Assembly: GCF_009914755.1 (NCBI RefSeq)
Contig: NC_060941.1
DNA length: 64,000 nt
DNA from: the human T2T-CHM13v2.0 reference genome, Homo sapiens
Direction: 5' to 3' (one strand)
The notes under the pieces were generated by a model. It was not told where the DNA came from. It did no database searches and saw nothing but the letters and a program-made list of their open reading frames with translations. Positions 51,547 to 64,000 of the stretch are shown piece after piece (the stretch's first letter is position 1; every line of letters begins with the position of its first letter). A program made the translations under genes and the position numbers.

Positions 51547-51955
51547 CACGTTGTGATTATTATCAAAAGCTTTTCTCCCAGTCCAGTGACTGGGTTTCCT
51601 CTTTGGCTGCCCTCATGGGCCTGGCTCCTGGTCAGTAGTATGTAGTGAGCTGAACCCTGAAAATCCTGGTTGCTCCCCTCCCGGGTCAAATTTGTTGTAA
51701 ATAAAACTGCATCATACTCCTTGTGATGGCATCACCTGTTGGAGCATAGCTACCTAGAGAGCATGGGAAACTAAATGAAAATAAACTTAAACACTGGCAG
51801 CACAGGTCAGACTACTGGGGAATGTTTAGCTCCTGAATAGTCTCTTGCTCCTTCTTGGATATCTTTTATATTAATCTCCTCTCTCAAAGCAGTAAGCCTT
51901 GTGTTTACATGGATGGACAAATTTCTGGATGTGTATATATATTAAATATATATAC

Positions 51956-52252
51956 TTTCTTTTTTTTGAGACGGAGTTTCAATCTTGTTGCCCAGGCTGA
52001 AGTACAGTGGTACGATCGTGGCCCACCACAACCTCTGCCTCCCGGGTTCAAGCTATTCTCCTGCCTCAGCCTCCTGAGTAGCTGGGATTACAGGCATCTG
52101 CCACCAGGCCTGGCTAATTTTTTTGTGTTTTTAGTTAGAGACAGGGTTTCTCCATGTTGGTCAGGCTGGTCTTGAACTCCCGACCTCAGGTGATCTGCCC
52201 ACCTTGGCCTCCCGAAGTGCTGGGATTACAGGTGTGAGCCATCGTGCCCAGC
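51956..52252 (-). mobile_element. AluSp
   Basis: 'gagtttcaatcttgttgccc', 'tttctccatgttggtcaggctgg', 'actcccgacctcagg'; TSD-like atatatatac. Confidence 0.92.
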
Positions 52253-53154
52253 ATATATATATATACATTTAATAATATCCACCAACTATCAGCTTTGAAA
52301 AGCTTAAGATCAATAAGAGAAAAGGATTGATGAGCTGATTTTGTGTATCTCTCTCCCCCTTCATTCTCCTTCCTCCTGGGAGTTTGATCCCCTTTCCACT
52401 TCCTCTCTTAACATTTTTATGGACTAGAGATGCAATCTTAAGTGAAAAGTTTATTTTTTTTCTTTTCCAATGCCATCCAATAAAAGTATGCCCAACTACA
52501 GTGGTCGGGAAACTGAGGCATAGATAAAATGTAGGGGAGTTCTTGCTAACCTTGTATACACAGGGAGCTCACACAAATTCATGCTAGATGATTTGAGATT
52601 AGTGATGGAGTCTTGTATATATCCAGGCTGTATGTTGCATATCTTCCCAGAATCAGACACTTCAACACCATCTTAAATGTAAAACCGAGGTGATATGTCT
52701 GAGCTAACCATGCCTCTTCCCAAACACATACACATGATCTACATAGTATGTTTTATCATAGACTTTTCTAGGCACTTGGGATTTGTGAGACCCTGAAGTT
52801 TTCTCTTCCAGCATGCTTTCCAATTTCATTATCCTTATGAAAAGTGTTGAGAATTATACTCTACAAACAGATTCTTGAGGAGAGTTCTCATTATCCAGAC
52901 ATCTTAGAGTCTTGTCCTAATTGCTTTTCTTTATATCATAAAACAATCCATTTTGGTGGCTCAGTTCTAGATAAGAATTTGTACAGAAGAACCAGGTTTG
53001 GTGTTCAGGGAGGTGACCGTAGGTGGAAAGTTTGGGGAGAATGTATTGACATAGCAACTGAATTCAGCCTGAACCTGAAAGAACTTACAGAAGACTCATT
53101 GGGATGATGATTACAACCCCAGACCCACTGACCCACCCAGGCAAAATGGAATAC

Positions 53155-53157
<3 letters not shown>

Positions 53158-53205
<48 letters not shown>
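53158..53205. repeat. (GT)24 microsatellite
   Basis: Direct reading. Confidence 0.97.
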
Positions 53206-53208
<3 letters not shown>

Positions 53209-53949
53209 AATTGTCCTAATTCGCCATAGCTAGCCTGTGGTGAGCATCCTCCACTAGGACCTGGAATAACCTTGCTAAACCTTTACCTTAGCTGGCTACC
53301 TGTACAGGCATGAATGGTCAGTACTGAAAATCACAAGTGCTGGTTCAAATAAGAATGCTACTTTTTCAAATAGGGATACTATCTTCTACACACCTGATTC
53401 ATTAGGGATCTGGGGACCATTAATATTTAGTGATAGTGCAGGAAATGAAATGGAAGTGGAAGTTAGTATGATTTGACCTGCTGAGGGCATGAGGCTGGGA
53501 CTCCTGGGTTAATTCTTGCTGTTTTTTTTTTTTCTAGTATAAGTTTTACTGTGGTTCCATGATTTGTGTCCTTCCCTGTTGGCTCTGCAGGAGCCTGGCT
53601 GTCTTTATTTAGTAAATGTATCTTGTAATTCTTAACCCAAGGGCCTCAGATTCCATATGGCATGTTTGAAAGGACAGCATGCACATTATCTCAAATTCTT
53701 TTTGCTTTATATTTAAAAATATTATCTTGAAGATCAAAAGTGAAAGCTCTCCTCTCATGTTGAGTCCAGCTGTCCTGTGGAGTCAAGGATAGCCCTGCTC
53801 AGCCGTGCTGGGGTGTGGAGACAGAGTGTCCTAAATACATACACAGCAATTTTCCCCCTTCCTGTCCCCACCCTACCTTGCTCTTCAAGTACAGACAGGA
53901 TGCTATTGACTCACTACAAATGGGAAAGATGATTTGAGGTTTTCAGCAT

Positions 53950-54420
53950 AACTTAGCAAGCATTAAGTAAGCACCTATCATGCCCCAGGCTCTGATTTTA
54001 AGTTCAGTGATAGTTTTAAGTTCAAGGAGAGAGTGGTTGGCTAACAAGATGAAGAAGTTGTATTTCAAGAATGTATCCAGTATTTTATTGAGAGATGTTT
54101 AAATAAGTGGGATATAAATAACTGGAAAATAGCATGTAATCCACATGTAAGAAAGCAAATTGAAATAAGAGGCATATAGTGGCATTAGCAGCTCCCAGAA
54201 GAAGGAGCTGTTAATTCTGCCTGAGGGATCAGAGCGGGATTCTCAGATATGTTAAAATTCATGTAGTTTAAACTGGGTTTTAAATATCCATACAAACATG
54301 CATTTCACTCGCATTTACTCAATGCCTAGTAAATGCCAGACAGTGCAGATTTTGAAGGAGTTCTTACCACCAGGGAACATATGGCCTACCTGGCAAGCTG
54401 AGTAAATAAACAATTGTGAG
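53950..54420 (-). mobile_element. Degraded L2 fragments
   Basis: 'agcaagcattaagtaagcacctatcatgccccaggctctg', 'ttaattctgcctgagggatcagag'. Confidence 0.5.
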
Positions 54421-54469
54421 AAGAAAGGTTTCTTTTGAATTGTTAATTGTGTTAATAGCCGCCCCCCTC

Positions 54470-54680
54470 CTTTTCTTAAGCATTACTAGGTGGTAGGCAT
54501 CATTCATTAACTTTTTCTACTCATAATCTGATTTATAATTCAAAACCATCTCATACATTAGAGTCTACCCTAAGTTTATATCAGAGGAAACTTGTCTAGA
54601 GTTGCTTAGCTAGTCAGTGAGACAACCACAGATTGGAGCCTTGAATCCATATCTGTTAGATTCCAAAGCCCACCCTATTA
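54470..54680 (-). mobile_element. MIR fragment
   Basis: 'cagaggaaacttgtctagagttgcttagctagtcagtg...tgttagattccaaagccc'. Confidence 0.5.
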
Positions 54681-54815
54681 AATATTAAAGAGTTGCCCTC
54701 AGGGGACAATGCAAAGTAAAGGAATAAAAAATGGGAAAAACATAGGAAAGTGAAATTACACTACAGCGTCAAGAAGGGGCACTTCCTTTGTAGAAGTTAA
54801 TTTAGATTATCCTGA

Positions 54816-55202
<387 letters not shown>

Positions 55203-56964
55203 TAATTCTATAAATTATGGGTACCCACAGCAGATATATCAGATAGAATGTGACATGAAGGAGTGCATCTTTTTGGAAATATCTCTGGATAGGTAATGAG
55301 AATGAGAATGAGAATGGGCTTCCTGGATCCGCCATGTTTTCAAACATATGGCAAAAGTTAGAACTTCAGATTGTGGACTTGAAATTATTTCCTTTTCAGA
55401 ATAGGTATAAGTGGTCCACCTGAAATTTAACTTTACTTTTAGTAGCTATGCATTCAGGTATGCAAAAAACAAGGTACTTTATTCTTCTAGAATCCTACTT
55501 AATCCCTATGTGACAGAAAAGATAGTCTTATTCAATAATTTTTTAAAGGCGTTTTAGGATTAACCTCATTTAAATAAGAATTTACTTCTTTTTTGGGGTG
55601 GATCTAAATTGTAAGAGGCTTTCAAAACAGGAAAGGATGGGGAATAGGAGATGGGGAGGTAAGTATCTGATTACTGGTCATTGTTATCTGTTTAGCCTTG
55701 CAATATTCTCCACTCTTTGGCCATAAACTGCACCATTCTCAATCTGACTGTCTCCTTACGGCCTTCTAGGCTCCTTCTACCCTTTGCTTCCCTCTCAGGG
55801 GAGTTTTCAAACGCTTTTCACATGATTCTGGAGCCATACAAGACTTGGGGGCCTAGGTAGGTTTTGCCAGACCTTGCTGATTTTCCCAGGCTCCAGTGAG
55901 AAAGCAAACACAAGTCCCTTCCCTCATTGACCCATCCCAGGACTCAATCCACAGAGAAGAGGCACAATGGAGAGCCCTCCAGACCCAGCTCCAGCTCTCT
56001 CTTCTCCTTCCACCCGACTTACCTCCTGAGCTCAGATCTTCACCTAGACTTCTACAGTGATGAGAGTGTTTGTAGGAAAACTAGTTCTCCCTAATGGAAT
56101 CTTCTGCCAGAAGTGTCTTGTCCTGGTATAATCTGGACCAAACCTTTGATCAAAGCCATAAATGTGATGAATGATGCCCATCTCCTTGAATAAAGGAGAC
56201 CCATGTGTTAAATAGAGAGTAAAGGTGAAAACACAAGGGTTAACATTTTATAATATTATTCCAACGCTATTAGGAACTTCTTGTAAACCTTAATACTCTG
56301 AAGAAAACAACTGGAGATGACTTTCTATCCATAGAGAAATTTGGCCTTAGTAGCCAGGTATTTTTCAAGTTGGCAAATTCTACCTTCTTATTTTCTTTGA
56401 TCCCCCAACAAGGGTCTCATCTATGATCAAAGCCTTTTTTAAAACAGCAACTAGCATATTCTTGAACGTATAATTAGCTACCATAGTAACTATAAATTCT
56501 AATCTTTCTCTGACTTTCCAGACAACCTAAATAGGATGCCGTCACTTTCACCCTACAATTAATACTCCCTGAAGAAATATCTAAGTGTCATGATCTTTTG
56601 CTAAATTTGAAGCATGCAAGCAAAAATTCGGTCATTTCCGTCAGCAGTTGCAGTGGTGGCAAATTCATTGAGTTCAGCAAAGTACATGGTCACACAACCT
56701 GCGTTAGCAAAAGAAATTAACTAGGAACTTGTGAAGCTGAAAGTTAAGTAACAATTGAAAAAGGCTTTATTTATACTTCAGTAAAAAGAGTTGGAGAACA
56801 GAAGGGAATATTTTTTATTTTTTAGTATTATTATTATTACTCTAAATTGTGATTCTAGGTTTGCCTGTTATCACTTTTCAGAGCATTTATCACCAACTTG
56901 CAGTGGAATATTGTAAAGATTCATTACAGTTGTGAGAGGGCAGGAAAATAAACTCACATCTCCT

Positions 56965-57170
56965 GCATATCTGGAAGTGTTTTTTAGGCACTGTGCTGAG
57001 CAGTCTACAATGTTATTCTCATTCAATCATAATGATACCTTAGAAGTAGATCCCATCATTCCCATGTTACAGATGGAGAAACCCAGGTTCTCTAAGATGA
57101 AGACAATCATCCAGCGTCAATCCTGATAGTAAAAGACAGAAACAATGGCTCAACTGTGGTCTAGATCTGA
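56965..57170 (-). mobile_element. MIR
   Basis: 'aggcactgtgctgagc...ttctcattcaatcataatgatacc...cccatgttacagatggagaaacccaggttc'. Confidence 0.75.
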
Positions 57171-57355
57171 CCAAAGTAGAATGAATTTTTTTCTTATTTT
57201 ATTTTCCTGAACTGAACTCTGTACAGTCAATGATTCCATGACTTTGACTCACTGAGAAATGCGTCCATCCTAGTGATTAGTGATTTTCCTCTCCCAGAAT
57301 ACATTGATTACACCCAGGACCAAGTTGACTTTTTGTCAGTTAAAGGGGAGACCCT

Positions 57356-57673
<318 letters not shown>

Positions 57674-58741
57674 TAAAGGGGAGACCTTTGTTGACTTCTC
57701 GTTTCCATTTTGTCTTCCCAGTCCCTTCTCTTCATATTTTTTTTTTTGCATCTAAGAGAAGGTGAAGGAAATGCAAAAACATTTGAGTGCATATTACACT
57801 CCAAGCACAACAGTCTAGCAAGCTATGTATTATCAGCATACACTGTATAGATTGAAAAGCTAGGGCTCAGAGAGGTTTTTTAAAAACATGTATCCAATTC
57901 TATTTTTTTAAGTACATTTAATGGTGTCAAAAAACAAAGAAAAAACCTTATTCAGGTTTTAATCCAAGATCACCCCGGTAAGATTAGAGCAGGAAGTCAA
58001 ACCCAGATTTGTCTTCCATCAAAAAACATCTTCTATTTCCACTGTTAATTCTTTGACAAATATTAACGAGAACCTGAGTATGTGCAGAACCTAGGTATAA
58101 ATTAGTAAATAAAATAGACGCAGTCTTGCTCTCACAGAACCCACTATCTAGTACAGGAAACAGGCAATGCCTAACAAGTAAATAAGTAACTATTATAATA
58201 TGTACTAATTTGAAAAAGAAAAACTGGGGTATCTCCTTAGACAGGAAATATAGGATACAGTGTGTCATCTATTATGTTTCTAGTTACATTACCTCAAAGG
58301 AGAAGCTAGGGAAAACAGGTGGTCTGAGAATTGTGCTGAGGAAGAGGGGTCTGGAAAAAGGAGCCAGGGACAGAATGCAGGGAGGATGTGTGGAGACAGT
58401 GTGTGGACAGTGTGTGGAGGCTCCATGACAGTAAAAAAACTTGGTGTGTTTGAGGGACAGAAAGATGTTTTGTTCAGCTGGAAAGGAGTTTCTGGGAAAG
58501 AAGGTCATGAGATAAGTTGCAGATACAGGCAGGTGTGGGTCTTAAAGGGAATGGAGGTTATGTAAATAAATTTGGATTCCATTCTAGATTCAGTGAGGAA
58601 CAAGCAGAAAACAGGATATGATTTTCTTTTGAAATTGGTTATGCTGGCTGTTCCATGATGATAGTATTTGATGGAAGAGTAAGGTGAGCCTGTCTTAGCC
58701 AGGAAAGCCAAGATGATGGCTCATGCTAGAGAGGGGATAAT

Positions 58742-58743
<2 letters not shown>

Positions 58744-58783
<40 letters not shown>

Positions 58784-58836
58784 CTGGCATATATAGTAGG
58801 GGAATATATTTACATGTGTGTGTGTGTGTGTGTATG

Positions 58837-58879
<43 letters not shown>

Positions 58880-58893
58880 GTGTGTGTGTGTGT
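58744..58893. repeat. Compound (TG)n/(TA)n microsatellite
   Basis: Four TG tracts separated by TA runs and a short spacer. Confidence 0.95.
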
Positions 58894-59417
58894 ATAGTGG
58901 ACTCTCTATATAGTATAGAGTATATAAGTAGATGTGAAGGAGGAGGAGCCAAGACTTACAGGGTCTGGCCTGGAGTCTAAGGAGGAATCAGGCAGTTGCA
59001 GGTTTCTGGCATGTGCCATGGGTATATGGTAGTGCCATTATTGAGACAATGAAGACTGAAGAGAGAAACATACTTGGGGAGAAAATCAAGAACTTGCTTT
59101 TAGATATGTAAGATTTGAGATATCAAGTAGACCATTGGTTATATGAATCTGGAACTCAAAAGAGAAGGTGGGAGATATAAATTCCTGAGTTAATGGCTTA
59201 TAGAAGACATTTAAAATAATAGGAATAAATGCATTTACCTAAAGAGAATTTGGAGAGATAGGTAAGATAGCCTATGACTTAGCCATGAGGTGTTATAATA
59301 TTTAAAGATAGATTGAAAGAGAAAAACTCTTCAAAGGAGAAAAAGAAGGAAAAGTGTAGTGAGGAAGGAGTCAAACTACAAGAATACTAAATGCTGCTGA
59401 GGGATCTGGAGCAGGAT

Positions 59418-59475
59418 GTACAATAGAACTCTGTGTGCTGATGGAAATGGTTTCCATCTGCACTGTCCAATGCAG
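59418..59475. mobile_element. MER3 fragment
   Basis: 'caatagaactctgtgtgctgatggaaatggtttccatctgcactgtccaat'. Confidence 0.65.
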
Positions 59476-60763
59476 ATCTGATTTTCTTATTGAAACACTG
59501 TTTCTTATAGGACAGTCCAGGTGTAAAAGGAAAATAACTGGAATGTGGCCATTGAGTTTGGCAGCAAGAGGTAATTGTTGCCACTGACCACGGAGATGGT
59601 AAATTGGAGGGGAAAGCCAGTCAAGTATAGGTTGAGAAAACAAAGAAATAGAAACAGAGGCTTTGCGTGGTACATCTGGAATATTGACCCTGAAGGGAAA
59701 TAGAGAAATGGCATGAGTGTGACAGAAGTATGAGAATTTAAGAGAAGAGTGTTTTATTTGAGGGAATGGAAGATGCCATTCATTTATTTAATCATTAGAT
59801 ATTTATAGAGCACCATGAAGTTTCAGCACCGTTCCGCACTTTGGGGATGGAGCTTTGAATTAGACAAGCAATATCACTTTTCTCATGGGATTTATAGTCT
59901 ATTGTGTGAGTAAGACAATAAGCAGCAAACAGTGAATTAATTAACTGAAGGATAATTCATTAGAGTAGTAAGTACTATAAAGAAAGCAAAACAAAATCAT
60001 AGGAGGGAGCAAGAGTGACGGTAGAGGAAGGGCTATTTAAATAAGAGGACCAGGCAGGGCTTTTCCAAATGGGTTACATAAGCTGAGACCAGAGTCATGA
60101 GAGAATCTACTCCTAGGAAATGATGGGAATGAGCCAGTAAAGAGATAAAGATGGAAAAGGTATGAGAAAGAGAGATGGGCAAAGGAAAACAGTTGAGGAG
60201 ACAAGAAAAGATAGGCATCAGAGAACAAAGGGAGGGATTAGCCATTTAGGAGGAAGTATGCCTCTTCAGAGGTGAGATTAGTGGCTTGTATGACAGGAAG
60301 AGACTGAAGAATTATTGTTCCTATGGAACTTGAGAAGGTGGGCTAAAAGCATAGGAAGTGATGATCAAACATGAGATACTTAGTCATTGGAAGGAGTTGT
60401 CTTCCTGGTAACGGCAAACCCAGAGCATAATATTGGATGGGAAATTCAGGAAGAGTGTTGCAAGTGTAGTGGTAGAGGTCTTCAGAGCTGAAAAACAGAA
60501 AGGCTGGGGCATTGGATGGAACATAGGGGTGTTAATATCAGTAAGAATGATGCAAAAAATCAGATGAGGAGGAGAAGCATGAGCCAAGAGCTAATTTTTT
60601 TTACAATATATTACAAATGACTAGATAAATGATAGCAACAAAGAGAGTATATCCACATGGAGGGAACCTCAAATAAATAGAGGGTTTTCAAGAGATAATA
60701 GAAGTAACTATAAAAATAGGAATGAGGAGCCAGGAGGTTATTGACCCTACCTCTGGTATTAGC

Positions 60764-61119
60764 TGTATTAGTTTGTTCTCATGCTGCTATGAAGAAATAC
60801 CCAAGACTGGGTAATTTACAAAGAAAAGAGATTTAATTGACTCACAGTTCTGCGTATCTGTGAGGCCTCAGGAAACTTACTATCCTGGCAGAAGGCACGT
60901 CTTCACAGTGCAGCAGAAGAGAGAATTAGTGCCAAGTGAAGGGGGAAGCCCCTTATAAAACCATCAGATCTCATGAGAACTCACTCACTATCACAAGAAC
61001 AGCATGGGGGAAACTGTCTCCATGATTCAGTTATCTCCACCTGGTCCTGCCCTTGACATGTGGAGATTATTAAAATTCACAGTAAGATTTGGGTGGGGAC
61101 ACAGAGCCAAGGCATATCA
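60764..61119 (-). mobile_element. THE1C/D solo LTR
   Basis: 'tgtattagtttgttctcatgctgctatg...gatttgggtggggacacagagccaaggcatatca'. Confidence 0.92.
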
Positions 61120-61359
61120 CCTACCTATCCCAGAATATATGGAAGTTGGAAAAATAAAGTTTCTGCTTGAGAGGACTTTTAGCAAATGCTGCTGGTTCTT
61201 TAGCTAAGACTAGTTCCATCCCTTCCTGTTGCTCAAAAATCCCAATCATGTATTCAGTACCAGGGAATGAATACTGTTTTGTTTAGGATTACAAAGTCAG
61301 CATCATCCCCTTATACAGATTTTTTTTTAGTGTTGGTCCTTTGTCAGGATTATGTTTTT

Positions 61360-64000
61360 ATTTTTCTTTTCTTTTTTTATTTTAAAGTATTTATTGACAA
61401 AGATTGAATATATTTGAGGTTCATAATGTGATGATTGATATACATATTCATTGTGTAATGGTTACCACAATTAAATTAATTAATGCACTCATCCCCACCC
61501 ATGCTATACATAATTAGATGCCTGTACTAGTCCGTTTTCACACTTCTGTAAATAACTTCCTAAGACTGGGTAATTTATAAAAGAAAAAAGTTTAATTGAC
61601 TCATAGTTTGGCATGGCTGGAGAGGCCTCAGGAAACTTACAATCATGGTGGAAGGAGAAGGGGAAGCAGGCACCTTATTCACAAGGTGGTAGAAAAAGAT
61701 AGTGAAGAAGAAACTGCCAAACATTTAAAAAAAGCATCAGATCTCATAAGAACTCACTATCATAAGAACAGCAGGGCAGAAACCACCCCCATGATCCAAT
61801 CACCTCCCACCAGGTCCCTCCCTGGACATGTGGGGATTACAGTTCGAAATGCAATTTGGGTGGGTACACAGATTCAATCCATATCATTCCACCCCTAGCC
61901 CCTCCCAAATCTCATGCCTGTTTCACATTTTAAAACCAATCAGGTCTTCCCAACATTCCTCCAAAGTCTTAACTCATTCCAGCATTAACTCAAAAGTCCA
62001 CAGTTCAAAGTCTTGACTAAGACAAGAGAAGTCCCTTCCACCTATGGGTTTGTAAAATCAAAAGCAAGTTAGTTACTTCCAAGATACAATGGGGGTACAG
62101 GCATTGGGTAAATGCTCCCATTCCAAATGGAGGAAATTGGCCAAAACAAAGGGGCTACAGATTCCATGCCAGTCCAACTTGCAGTCATTAAATCTTAAAG
62201 CTCTGAAATAATCTCCTAACCAAAATAAGCTCCTCACATCCATTGCATGCTGATACAAAGGGTGAGCTCTCAAGGCCTTGGGTAGCTCAGTCCCTGTGGC
62301 TTTACAGGGTACAGCCCCCACAGCTGCTGTCATGAGCTGGTGTTGAGTGCCTGTGGCTTTTCCAGGCACACAGTGCAAACTGTCAATGAATCTACCTTTC
62401 TGGGGTCTGGAAGATGGTGGCCCTCTTGTCACAGCTCCACTAGGCAGTGCCATAGTGGGGACTCTGTGTGGAGCTTCAACCCCACATTTCTCTTCTGCAC
62501 TGCCCTAGCAGAGGTTCTCCATGAGGGCTCCATCCCTGCAGCACACTCCTGCCTGGACTTCCAGACATTTCAATCCATTCTCTGAAATCTAGACGGAGGT
62601 TTCCAAAGCTCAACTCTTGTCTTCTGCACACCTGCAGACCTACCACCACATGGAAGCCACCAAGACTTGGGGCTTGCACCCTCTGAAGCAATGGCCTGAG
62701 CTGTACCTTGGCCCCTATTAGCCATGGCTGGAGCTGGAGCAACTAGGATGCAGGGGGACACCAAGTACCGAGGCTGCACAGAGCAGTGGGGCCCTGTGCC
62801 TGGCCCATGAAACTATCTTTTTCTAGTAGGCTTTGGGGCCTGTGATGGGAGGGACTGCTACAAAGATCTCTGACATGCCCTGGAGACATTTTCCCCATTG
62901 TCTTGGCTATTAACATTTGGCTCTCATTACTTGTGCAACCTCCTGCAGCTGGAATTCCTCCCAAGGAAGTGAGTTGTCCTTTTCTACAACATGATCAGGC
63001 TGCAAATTTTCCAAACTTTTATGCTTTGCTTCCATTTTAAACATAAGTTCCACAGATCATCTCTCTCAAGTTCAAAGTTCCATAGATCTCTAGGGCAGGG
63101 GCAAAATGCCACCAATTTCTTTGCTAAAGCATAGCAAGAGTGACCTTTGCTTCAATTCCCAATTAAGTTCCTCATCTCCATCTAAGACCACCTCAGCCTG
63201 GACTTCATTGTCCATATCATTATCAGCATTTTAGTCAAAACCATTCAACAAGTCTCTAAGAAGTTCCAAACTTTCCCACATCTTTCTATCTTCTTCTGAG
63301 CCCTCCAAACTGTTCCAACCTCTGCCTGTTACCCAGTTTCAAAGCTGCTTCTACATTTTTAGGTTATCTTTATGGCAGCACCCAACTCTCTACAGTACCA
63401 ATTTCCTGTATTAGTTCGTTTTTGCTCTACTATAAAAAACTTCCCTGAGACTGGGTAATTTATAAAGGAAAGAGATTTAATGGACTTACAGCTCCATATC
63501 ACGGGGGAGGCCTCGGGAAACTTATAATCATGGAGAAAGGGGAAGGGGAAGCAGGACCTTCTTTGCAAGGCATCAGGACAGAGAGGGAGTGTGAAGGAGG
63601 AACTACTAAACACTTTTAAAACCATCAGATCTCATAAGAAACCACTCACTATCATGAGAACAGCATGGTGGAAACTGCCCCCATGATCCAGTCACCTCCC
63701 ACAAGGTCCCTTCCTCCACACATGGGGATTACAGTTTGAGATAAGATTTGGGTGGGGACATAGAGCCAATCCATATCAATTCCCAAAACTTTTAATTTTA
63801 TAACTGAAATTTTGTTCCCTTTGGCCAGCATCACCCAATTTCCCCCACTCCCAGCCCCTGGAAACCACCATCCTACTCTCTACTTGCATTATTTTGACTT
63901 TTTTACATTTTACATATAAGTGAGATCATGCAGTATTTGTCTTTCTGGGTTTAGTTTATTTCACTTAGCCTACTGTCCTCCAGGTTTATCCATGTTGTCA
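61360..64000 (-). mobile_element. L1MA 3' end (61360-61522 and 63779-64000) split by THE1D
   Basis: 'tattgacaaagattgaatatatttgagg...' resumes as 'cccaaaacttttaattttataactgaaatt...ataagtgagatcatgcagtatttgtcttt'. Confidence 0.88.
61523..63778 (-). mobile_element. Full-length THE1D-like provirus (3' LTR 61523-61886, internal 61887-63406, 5' LTR 63407-63778)
   Basis: Two antisense LTRs flank THE1/MST-int; TSD atgcc (61518-61522) / attcc (63779-63783). Confidence 0.93.

Larger units (their letters stand above)
58040..60750 (-). mobile_element. Long L2 remnant(s) with nested microsatellite and MER3 fragment
   Basis: Purine-rich antisense L2 text throughout; L2 3' ends at about 58045 and 59778 ('cattcatttatttaatcattagatatttatagagcacc'). 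Confidence 0.75.

Noticed and set aside
55295-55316. (GAGAAT)3 short tandem repeat
   Set aside because: Trivial slippage repeat with no supporting context.
60746-61126. Offset TSD-like cctacct around the THE1 solo LTR
   Set aside because: The left copy is 11 nt from the LTR edge. It may reflect a small later indel but is too ambiguous to interpret.

Overview
This is repeat-dense primate (catarrhine, probably human) non-coding DNA. It contains AluJ/S/Y, primate L1PA/L1PB, THE1 MaLR elements, ERV solo LTRs, and old L1M, L2, MIR and DNA-transposon fossils. I recognise no host protein-coding exon, RNA gene or processed pseudogene. Nearly all ORFs in the track are fragments of L1 ORF1/ORF2, Alu, THE1 or microsatellites. 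Main structures: (1) a full-length, TSD-flanked, inactivated L1PA8-like element at 22827-29267; (2) a 5'-inverted (twin-primed) L1PA8-like insertion at 31873-34935, whose inverted 2.3-kb arm forms a long inverted repeat with the first L1 and appears to share many non-consensus bases with it, suggesting ancient gene conversion; (3) a triple nest, L1PB1 > full-length THE1B > LTR19B-like, at 35061-38376; (4) a second full-length THE1D-like provirus inside an L1MA at 61523-63778; (5) largely unique sequence at about 42-57 kb with candidate cis-regulatory clusters (triple E-box + TATA + GATA at about 47.25 kb, a CTCF-like site at about 49.4 kb). Subfamily names come from remembered consensus sequences and need RepeatMasker/Dfam confirmation. 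Boundaries of the old repeats are approximate. I found no convincing evidence of a new biological system; the L1 inverted pair is the best lead.
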